Notes: generated by a model from the sequence alone, not told the origin. Shown: positions 1 to 6,375, counted from the stretch's first letter. The stretch: DNA of 9,955 bases from Candidatus Wukongarchaeum yapensis (GCA_016840425.1 JAEOSI010000066.1:1-9955), one strand, 5' to 3'. A program made the numbers and translations.

Positions 1-1197
1 TTGACTCTTTTTTGTGGGTATTGTCGTGTTTCTTTCAATAAGTTTTGTGAAGACATTTCCCAACGTCTCAACGCCTAAAGACAAGGGTGTTACATCAAGG
101 AGAAGAATGTCTTCTACTTCACCTTTTATCGCTGCGCTTTGAATAGCTGCTCCATTTGCAACGCACTCCATGGGATCTATACCTCTTTCGGGTTCCCTTC
201 CAAAGATCTGTTTGAATTTTTCCCGGACAATAGGCATCCTTGTAGGACCACCAACAAGGATTACATGATCCATTACTTGAGGATTTAACTTAGAATCTTC
301 TAGGGCTCGATTTATTGGTGGCTCAAGCCTATCTAAGACATGTTGTATGAGGCTTTCAAGTTTTGCCCTACTTATCGTAATCTCTAAATGTTTAGGGTCG
401 CCATGTAGGGTAGTTAAGAAAGGTAAACTTATATTAGTAGTAGTAAGAGATGACAACTCTATTTTTGCCTTTTCTGCAGCCTCTCTTATTCTCTGCATAG
501 AAGCTTTGTCTTCTCTTAGATCTACTCCTTCCTTCTTTTTAAACTCTTCAACGATATAGTCTGTTAAGGCTTCATCCATATCCCTTCCGCCAAGCTGGGT
601 ATCACCACTTGTGGAAATAACTTCGAAAACTCCTTCTCCCATCTCCATTATTGTAACATCAAAAGTTCCGCCACCAAAGTCAAGGACCGTTATCTTCTTT
701 TCTCCCTTTTTACCAAGACCATAGGCAAGAGATGCAGCAGTAGGCTCATTTATAATCCTTAAAACCTCTAAACCAGCAATCTTTCCAGCATCTTTAGTAG
801 CGGTTCTTTGATTGTCATTAAAGTAGGCAGGCACCGTGATTACCGCTTCTTTTACCTCTCCTCCAAGGAAAGCTTCCGCATCTCTCTTAATTTTTTGAAG
901 TATAAAAGCAGAAATCTGCTGGGGAGAATACTCTTCACTATCGATTTTTACCTTAAAGTCTGTACCCATTTTTCTTTTTATCCCAGTTATGGTTCGTTCT
1001 GGGTTGATTGCAGCCTGTCTTCTTGCAGGTTCACCCACAAGAAGCTCGCCTTCCTTTGTAAAAGCAACAACAGAAGGAAACATTTTACCCGCATAAGTGG
1101 GGCCTTCAGCGCTCGGAATTATTATAGGCCTACCGGCTTCCATAACCGCTGCTTGAGAATTTGATGTACCTAAGTCAATACCAATAACTTTACCCAT
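1..1197 (-). CDS. dnaK: Molecular chaperone DnaK (Hsp70), 3'-truncated by the window edge (first 399 codons present)
   Basis: Manual translation from ATG at 1197: [14 protein letters not shown]...[42 protein letters not shown]...DFGGGTFDV...TSGDTQLGG...LVGGPTRMP...[16 protein letters not shown]...[10 protein letters not shown]. All Hsp70 ATPase-domain signatures are present and the frame is open to base 1. Ribosome-binding site AGGAGGT at 1213-1207. Confidence 0.99.
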   Translation of the reverse strand, partial: MGKVIGIDLGTSNSQAAVMEAGRPIIIPSAEGPTYAGKMFPSVVAFTKEGELLVGEPARRQAAINPERTITGIKRKMGTDFKVKIDSEEYSPQQISAFILQKIKRDAEAFLGGEVKEAVITVPAYFNDNQRTATKDAGKIAGLEVLRIINEPTAASLAYGLGKKGEKKITVLDFGGGTFDVTIMEMGEGVFEVISTSGDTQLGGRDMDEALTDYIVEEFKKKEGVDLREDKASMQRIREAAEKAKIELSSLTTTNISLPFLTTLHGDPKHLEITISRAKLESLIQHVLDRLEPPINRALEDSKLNPQVMDHVILVGGPTRMPIVREKFKQIFGREPERGIDPMECVANGAAIQSAAIKGEVEDILLLDVTPLSLGVETLGNVFTKLIERNTTIPTKKSQ

Positions 1198-1206
1198 AAA
1201 GGTAAT

Positions 1207-1213
1207 ACCTCCT
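1207..1213 (-). promoter_or_regulatory. Shine-Dalgarno site of dnaK
   Basis: AGGAGGT on the minus strand, 9 nt before the ATG at 1197. Confidence 0.85.
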
Positions 1214-1316
1214 AAAAACAAATAAAATTGACAAATATAAAAAAACAAAATTTAATTTTGATTTACTTTTACGCTCAATTTTTATTACAAATTCAAAGTA
1301 TTTTTTAGTTTCCTGA

Positions 1317-1327
1317 AAATAAAAAAA
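1317..1327 (-). terminator. Possible oligo-T terminator of hsp20
   Basis: The minus strand reads CCTTTTTTTATTTT about 35 nt after the hsp20 stop. Archaeal intrinsic terminators are oligo-T tracts, but the spacer is AT-rich, so specificity is low. Confidence 0.35.
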
Positions 1328-1361
1328 GGATATAATAGTTATTAATTTTACTAAAAGAATT

Positions 1362-1802
1362 CTATTCTATGGCGACTTTGACCTTTTTTGCCTTTTCCGC
1401 TTTTGGTAAATTGATCGTCAGTACACCGTCTTCTAGACTAGTTTTTGCTTCTTGTGGCTTTACTGGCACTGGAAGTGTGAAACCTCGTTTATAGCTCCTC
1501 ACAGATCTTTCTCTGAGGATAGTTTTTTCTTTAACTTCTTCCTTCTCCTCTTTGAAGGTGCCTTCTACTGATATACTATTTTCTGTTGCTTCGATATTTA
1601 TGTCTTCTTTCTTTAAGCCAGGTATCTCCATTTTTATAACTAGATCATTCTCTGTTTCTTCTATATCAGTTAAAGGTAAATATTCTATAGCTTCTGTTGC
1701 ACCTACTCTTGGAGTTTCTCTGAAGAAATCGTTAAACATTCTAGCGATTCTGTCACGCATTTCAGCCATTTCTCGGAAAGGATCCCATTTTCTAATGCTC
1801 AT
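1362..1802 (-). CDS. hsp20: Small heat-shock protein, Hsp20/alpha-crystallin family (146 aa)
   Basis: N-terminal WDPF motif; alpha-crystallin core (TDIEETENDLVIKMEIPGLKKEDINI...ERSVRSYKRGFTLP...LEDGVLTINLPK); C-terminal V-x-I motif (KVAIE). Start moved from 1826 to the ATG at 1802 because GAGGAGGTG (1819-1811) lies 8 nt upstream. Confidence 0.97.
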   Translation of the reverse strand: MSIRKWDPFREMAEMRDRIARMFNDFFRETPRVGATEAIEYLPLTDIEETENDLVIKMEIPGLKKEDINIEATENSISVEGTFKEEKEEVKEKTILRERSVRSYKRGFTLPVPVKPQEAKTSLEDGVLTINLPKAEKAKKVKVAIE

Positions 1803-1858
1803 TAGTTTTGCACCTCCTCTGTTCAATACTTTTTCACTTTATCTAAAATAAATTATAT

Positions 1859-1873
1859 TTTATAAACTTTTCC
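1859..1873 (-). promoter_or_regulatory. Archaeal BRE-TATA promoter of hsp20
   Basis: The minus strand reads GGAAAAG-TTTATAAA (purine-rich BRE 1873-1867, TATA 1866-1859). The predicted TSS near 1835 leaves room for the SD. Confidence 0.7.
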
Positions 1874-1922
1874 AAAAAAAATCAATAAGTTTTTGACAAA
1901 TTTATTAAGTTATGAAAAAAAT

Positions 1923-1938
1923 AAAAAACATTTATAAA
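1923..1938 (+). promoter_or_regulatory. Archaeal BRE-TATA promoter of the wHTH regulator
   Basis: AAAAAACA-TTTATAAA with TATA at 1931-1938, about 60 nt upstream of the ATG at 1998. Confidence 0.6.
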
Positions 1939-1997
1939 GGTTAAAACCGTCTAAAAACATGAAAATTCACGAAAATTAAAGGGGCGATTAGGAAAAA

Positions 1998-2438
1998 ATG
2001 AAGAAAAAACGAAAATATAAAGAAGCGCTCTCAACCTACACGTTCAACATCCTAAGACAACCGCCAAAAGAAAACTTAGAAGACGATCTCAGATGGATTT
2101 GCTATGCTCTCGGACTAATAAATCCAAGAGATCGGGATGAAAGCTGCTTAAAGATCGTTGAAATCGTCCTAGAAGCCTCCAAGGAGGAAGAAGGAATCTC
2201 AAGTAGCGAGATAACGAAAAGATTAAACCTCACAAGGGGAGCCGTAATAAACCATTTAAACAGGTTAATGCAAGCAAGATTCATCATAAAAAGAGGAACA
2301 AACTACGAACTAAGAGAAAGAAACATAAAACGAACCATTGAAAAAATCCGAGGAGATGTAGACAGATTCCTAGAAGAACTACTCCAAATAGCAGAAAGCG
2401 TAGACAAAGCATACAAACTAAAAGCAAGACGCCACTAA
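1998..2438 (+). CDS. Winged helix-turn-helix transcriptional regulator (ArsR/HTH-like, uncharacterised, 146 aa)
   Basis: HTH plus wing: ISSSEITKRLNLTRGAVINHLNRLMQARFIIKRGTNYELR. It is followed by an amphipathic helix (IKRTIEKIRGDVDRFLEELLQIAESVDKAY) and preceded by a distinct N-terminal segment (WICYALGLINPRDRD). Confidence 0.85.
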   Translation: MKKKRKYKEALSTYTFNILRQPPKENLEDDLRWICYALGLINPRDRDESCLKIVEIVLEASKEEEGISSSEITKRLNLTRGAVINHLNRLMQARFIIKRGTNYELRERNIKRTIEKIRGDVDRFLEELLQIAESVDKAYKLKARRH

Positions 2439-2555
2439 AAAATAAAAAAATTTAAACGAATTTAAGAATGAATAAATGTTATTAATACTCCCTCTAAAAC
2501 TTCCTTATTTTTGCTCGCTTATTAAAGATATAATATATAGTTTTTTAACCTAAAT

Positions 2556-2569
2556 TGAAAGTTATATAT
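2556..2569 (+). promoter_or_regulatory. BRE-TATA promoter of the radical SAM gene
   Basis: TGAAAG-TTATATAT with TATA at 2562-2569. The same TTATATATAATT string occurs at 3742-3753 upstream of the next gene. Confidence 0.6.
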
Positions 2570-2627
2570 AATTTGTTTTGTTTTTTAAACTGAGTGAAAC
2601 ATTTACCATTTGGAGTTTGGGGGATAA

Positions 2628-3698
2628 ATGTCTAATATTTCAAATTCTCAAGCGTCCTTTTTTTCAAATCCTTGCGTTAAGGAAGCTACATTCTATGAAA
2701 AGCTTGAAGGAAAGAGGGTAGAGTGTAGTACTTGTGAGAGAAGATGTAAAATCTCAGAGGGAAAATTAGGATTTTGTAAAACACGTAAGAACGTTGGGGG
2801 AAAATTGTATACGCTTGTTTTTGGTGATATTTCGAGTATTTCTGCAAACCCTATTGAGAAAAAACCTCTTTTTCATTTTTGGCCTGGGAGTTTTGCCCTC
2901 ACCGTCGGAACTTATGGTTGTAATTTCACGTGTCCTTGGTGTCAGAACTGGACTATTTCTAAGGCTTCTCCAAACTTAAGAAACCAAAACTACCTAAGCA
3001 TGGAAGATTTCTTAAAAATTGCCGAAACCTATAATTGTCAAGGGACTTCTTTTTCTTTTAACGAGCCAACTGTCCTGTTAGATTATGCTTTAGACGTTAT
3101 GAAACTGACTAAACCTATGGGCTATTATCAAACTTATGTTACTAATGCTTACATGACACCTGAAGCTTTAGATGCTCTCATAAAAGCAGGATTAGATGCC
3201 ATGGCCATAAATGTAAAAGGCGGAGTAGAAGCTGTAAAGGAGTATTGTAAGGCAGACGTCGAAGTTGTGTGGAGAAACGCTATAGAAGCAAAGAAAAGAG
3301 GAGTTCATGTGGAAATAATTACCTTGGTTATCCCCACGGTAAACGATGAAGAAGACACGTTTAGAAACATAGCTCAACGCATAAGAAAAGAGATGGGAAA
3401 AGATACACCTTGGCATACCTCAGCCTACCATCCCGACTACGAATTTAGAGCGCCAACAACGCCCATAGAAACCCTTGAAAAAGCTAGAAAAATCGGGATT
3501 GAAGAGGGATTGAATTACGTTTACTTAGGAAATGTCCCATTACATCCTGGAGAAAATACTTACTGCCCTTCTTGCGAAAAACTTTTGATAAAAAGGTCAA
3601 TATTCACCATTTCAGAAAATCATTTAGGCCCAGATAATTGTTGTCCAAGCTGCGGAGAAAAGATCATGATAGTTGGTCGTCAATTCTCTCATAAATAG
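2628..3698 (+). CDS. amrS: AmmeMemoRadiSam system radical SAM enzyme (PflA/PflX-like)
   Basis: CxxxCxxC motif (GCNFTCPWCQNWTIS, starting at 2919); N-terminal Cys cluster (VECSTCERRCKISEGKLGFC); SISANPIEKKPLFHFWPG; FNEP; YVYLGNV; C-terminal NTYCPSC...CCPSCG. GGGGGA precedes the ATG. Confidence 0.88.
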   Translation: MSNISNSQASFFSNPCVKEATFYEKLEGKRVECSTCERRCKISEGKLGFCKTRKNVGGKLYTLVFGDISSISANPIEKKPLFHFWPGSFALTVGTYGCNFTCPWCQNWTISKASPNLRNQNYLSMEDFLKIAETYNCQGTSFSFNEPTVLLDYALDVMKLTKPMGYYQTYVTNAYMTPEALDALIKAGLDAMAINVKGGVEAVKEYCKADVEVVWRNAIEAKKRGVHVEIITLVIPTVNDEEDTFRNIAQRIRKEMGKDTPWHTSAYHPDYEFRAPTTPIETLEKARKIGIEEGLNYVYLGNVPLHPGENTYCPSCEKLLIKRSIFTISENHLGPDNCCPSCGEKIMIVGRQFSHK

Positions 3699-3734
3699 GT
3701 TATAGTTAGATTTATTTACATTTATTTATACTTG

Positions 3735-3749
3735 TAAAAACTTATATAT
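3735..3749 (+). promoter_or_regulatory. Putative BRE-TATA promoter upstream of the small membrane protein gene
   Basis: TAAAAAC-TTATATAT with TATA at 3742-3749, matching the promoter string at 2562. An alternative TTTATAAT lies near 3821. Confidence 0.45.
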
Positions 3750-3890
3750 AATTATCAAATTATGTGGCCTAATTAGGTATAAAATAGGCGAAAAGTAACA
3801 TATGTTCACATTATTTTTGCTTTATAATTTTTGTGCTAAACAGTTTTTAAAGTCTAAAAAGGTTTTAGAGACTTTTTTGAGGGATAAATA

Positions 3891-4346
3891 ATGGTTTTAA
3901 ACCATAGGGAGAAGTTTAAAAAAGTAGGGTTAACAGGGCTATTTATAATTTTAACTTTTTCACTATTGCTAGTATTACCGCCAATGATTAAGACAACAGT
4001 AATAACAGATACACAAAACCCAAACACACAAACAACAATGAAAAGAGCAGTTGGTGAATCTGTATGGAGCAAAACATATGGAGGAACAGCTGACGATTCA
4101 GGTGCCTGTGTACAGCAGACTTCAGATGGAGGATATATAATAGTTGGAACTACAAAATCTTTTGGTGCTGGTAATAATGATGTTTGGTTGATTAAGGATT
4201 CTGGTGAACCACCTTCAGATGATAATGGCTTTTTTGGAGGAATGTCAATCATTATTATAGTGGGACTGCTTGCAGTTATTGCTATTCTATCCTTAATATT
4301 GATTAAAAAAAGAATAATTTTGAAAGATACTTCATCTAGGATTTAA
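3891..4346 (+). CDS. Small membrane-anchored protein with one beta-propeller-type repeat (151 aa)
   Basis: Basic N-terminus followed by a hydrophobic helix (aa 12-30); Thr/Asn/Gln-rich linker; one WSKTYGG...[13 protein letters not shown]...SFGAG..DVWLIK repeat (aa 59-102); C-terminal TM helix ([21 protein letters not shown]) followed by KKR. GAGGGA precedes the ATG. Confidence 0.85.
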   Translation: MVLNHREKFKKVGLTGLFIILTFSLLLVLPPMIKTTVITDTQNPNTQTTMKRAVGESVWSKTYGGTADDSGACVQQTSDGGYIIVGTTKSFGAGNNDVWLIKDSGEPPSDDNGFFGGMSIIIIVGLLAVIAILSLILIKKRIILKDTSSRI

Positions 4347-4391
4347 ACTATTACAACTTAAAAAAAGTAAGTAAAAAATCGTTTTAGGATG

Positions 4392-5582
4392 TTAGTGTTT
4401 TTCTAGTTCTTTTTCTATTAGTTTTGTTATTTTTTCTTCTAAGACTGTTGCCGGTATGTCGAATATTGTTAATCTTGCTCTTCTTCCTGGTTTTCCTTTT
4501 CCTATAGGTTTCACTATTTTTTCGATTATTCCTATTTTATTCAGTTGGTCTATGTATTCCCTGTAAGCGATTTCGTTTTGGGGTTTTTGTCCGTGCTCCT
4601 CGCAAGCTATTTTGAAGTAGTGATATCCTTCCTTGATTGTTGTTGAGGTTACCCCTTTGTGTTTTAATCGGCGTGATATGCCTAAAGCTGCAAGTTTTTC
4701 GTATAAGTTTAATTGTTCTAAGGCTGTTGTTCTAAGTTCTGGATAAACGTTAGCTTTTCCTTCTCGGATCATTTCTGCTGTTATTTCAGATTTTCCTTCT
4801 AAGTCCGCGATTCTCCCGGCGCTGTGAAGGATTTCTATACCATGGCGGGCGTTCATTGTTTGGCTTGCGATTTCCGCCACCATGTCGGTTATATCGGGGC
4901 TTACTACGCCTGGTTTGAAGGCAAGTTCTGCTCGATAAGTTAGAATTTCTACAAGATCTTCTTTGGTGTATCCTTTTACATCTATCTGGTCATGTAAATA
5001 TTCAGAAAGTTTATCCTTAAGGGTGTGGCTCCATTCAGTGGGTCTACTTATCAGGATTAAGGAGATTCTTGCTTTTCCTGGGCCAAAAAATTCCGCGGCA
5101 TGTACTAAGGATAAAACGTCGTTGCTATCCAGCATATAAGATTCATCTAAAGCTAGAACGAGATGGGAATTTGTTTTTTCTAGGCGTTTCATCATCATTT
5201 CGAGGACTTCTTCGTCGGAAAATCCTCGAGCACTAATGTTGAATTTTGATCCAAGAAGATGGCGTAATATGGCGGTTTTTGAACGTGTGGTATGACAGTT
5301 GTAATAGCCAAAAAGGATGGAATATCCTCTTTCTGAGGCTTCTCTCGTGATTTCCTCCATGGTTCTTTTTACTGTGGCAGTTTTCCCAAATCCTGGTCCG
5401 CCCAATACTGCGATTTGAACCGGGAATGAGCCTTCTTGAAGTATGGGTCTTAGGTCTCTTGCAAGACGCGCCATCTCATCCTCTCTTCGGGGCAAACTTT
5501 CTGGAACGTATTCTGGGGAAAGCGTTCGTTCATCTCTGAAGACCCCAGGGCCGAAAAGCGATTTGCTTACATCAAAATTCAT
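4392..5582 (-). CDS. cdc6: ORC1-type DNA replication protein Orc1/Cdc6 (resembles the Orc1-2/Cdc6-2 paralogue type, 396 aa)
   Basis: VFRDERTLSPEYVPESLPRRE N-terminus; Walker A GGPGFGKT; YYNC; ARGFSDEE; Walker B LVLALDE; sensor-2 NARHGIEIL; C-terminal winged helix (YIDQLNKIGII...GKGKPGR). Start moved from 5603 to the ATG at 5582 because GGTGGT lies 5 nt upstream. Confidence 0.93.
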   Translation of the reverse strand: MNFDVSKSLFGPGVFRDERTLSPEYVPESLPRREDEMARLARDLRPILQEGSFPVQIAVLGGPGFGKTATVKRTMEEITREASERGYSILFGYYNCHTTRSKTAILRHLLGSKFNISARGFSDEEVLEMMMKRLEKTNSHLVLALDESYMLDSNDVLSLVHAAEFFGPGKARISLILISRPTEWSHTLKDKLSEYLHDQIDVKGYTKEDLVEILTYRAELAFKPGVVSPDITDMVAEIASQTMNARHGIEILHSAGRIADLEGKSEITAEMIREGKANVYPELRTTALEQLNLYEKLAALGISRRLKHKGVTSTTIKEGYHYFKIACEEHGQKPQNEIAYREYIDQLNKIGIIEKIVKPIGKGKPGRRARLTIFDIPATVLEEKITKLIEKELEKH

Positions 5583-5693
5583 TAATAACCACCAATGGGT
5601 CAAATAACTGGAAAATTCTTATTGACCATCAATCACTTATTTTTTTATATCTTATTTTTATTTGAGCGCTATCTTCTTCGATCTTTTCCTTGA

Positions 5694-6299
5694 TTATTTG
5701 TCCAAGCAGAGGTCGCAAATCCATTTTCCGTCGATATAGGTTAGGTCTTCTGAGAAGTTTCCGCAGTTATCACAAAAGTCGCTTATAATGTGGAGTGGAG
5801 GATCGTATATAGGACCTTCCTTAATTGATTCTCCTTCTTCTTCTTCTTCAGACACAATTTGTGATAGACTTAAGCGGGCGTGCTCCCTTTCGAGAAATAT
5901 GAGCTCAGGCTCGATTTTAGTGATGTCAGTTTCGGTTATTATGCCGACAATTTTTCCCTCTCTTATCACAGGCAGTCTTCTTATCTTTTTTTCCCTCATC
6001 TTTTTTGCAGCTTCTTCTATACTGGCTTTCGCTTCTATCACGATGAGGGGAGTGCTCATAGTGTCTTCCACTTTAATCTCTGAAGGAATTATTCCTTTAG
6101 CTATTACTTTAGTCAATATATCTTTTTCAGTGATTATGCCTACCTCTTTATCCCCCTTCCTTACTAACAGGGATGATATATCCTTCTCGGTCATAAGACC
6201 TACTGCTTTAAGAACTGTTTCTTCACCATCAATACTGATAACTTCTATAGTCATTATGTCTTTTACCCTTATATTAGCGCTATTTGTAGGAGATGCCAT
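5694..6299 (-). CDS. CBS-pair protein with acidic linker and C-terminal CxxC-x16-CxxC zinc-binding module (201 aa)
   Basis: Two CBS motifs (VKDIMT...VGIITEKDIL; VEDTMS...RRLPVI...IVGIITETDI), then SEEEEEGE, then CDNC...CDLC. The start at 6299 is preferred over 6311 because GGGGAT lies just upstream, as for the genes at 2628 and 3891. Confidence 0.88.
   Translation of the reverse strand: MASPTNSANIRVKDIMTIEVISIDGEETVLKAVGLMTEKDISSLLVRKGDKEVGIITEKDILTKVIAKGIIPSEIKVEDTMSTPLIVIEAKASIEEAAKKMREKKIRRLPVIREGKIVGIITETDITKIEPELIFLEREHARLSLSQIVSEEEEEGESIKEGPIYDPPLHIISDFCDNCGNFSEDLTYIDGKWICDLCLDK
5835..5849 (-). repeat. (GAA)5 trinucleotide run encoding a poly-Glu tract in the CBS protein
   Basis: TTCTTCTTCTTCTTC on the plus strand, encoding EEEEE. 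Confidence 0.8.
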
Positions 6300-6375
6300 C
6301 TTTATCCCCATCCGCTTTTCTCAATTTTGATTATGTCTTACCGATTATAAAATCGTTACTTAATTCTTACGATAG

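Noticed and set aside
347-1164. Plus-strand ORFs 347-559 and 808-1164
   Set aside because: Antisense shadows of dnaK with no recognisable motifs.
1228-1233. TTGACA read as a bacterial sigma-70 -35 box (also at 1893-1898)
   Set aside because: The gene content and BRE-TATA promoters are archaeal, the hexamer at 1228 points away from dnaK, and no correctly spaced -10 box follows.
1246-1260. Perfect inverted repeat CAAAATT-T-AATTTTG upstream of dnaK
   Set aside because: Almost entirely A/T in an A/T-rich spacer, too small a loop for the full stem, and no matching copy at the hsp20 promoter; probably chance or part of a terminator.
1552-2287. ORFs 1552-1851 (+) and 2102-2287 (-)
   Set aside because: Antisense shadows of hsp20 and the wHTH gene.
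3711-3730. Tandem TTTATTTACA / TTTATTTATA
   Set aside because: Two low-complexity copies just after the amrS stop; consistent with a T-rich terminator region, not a repeat array or CRISPR.
2794-4252. ORFs 2794-2979 (+), 3192-3416 (-) and 3854-4252 (-)
   Set aside because: Off-frame or antisense overlaps with amrS and the membrane protein gene; no motifs or ribosome-binding sites.
3699-5693. Replication origin next to cdc6
   Set aside because: The spacers at 3699-3890, 4347-4391 and 5583-5693 are AT-rich but contain no full or repeated ORB elements; they are explained by promoters and terminators.
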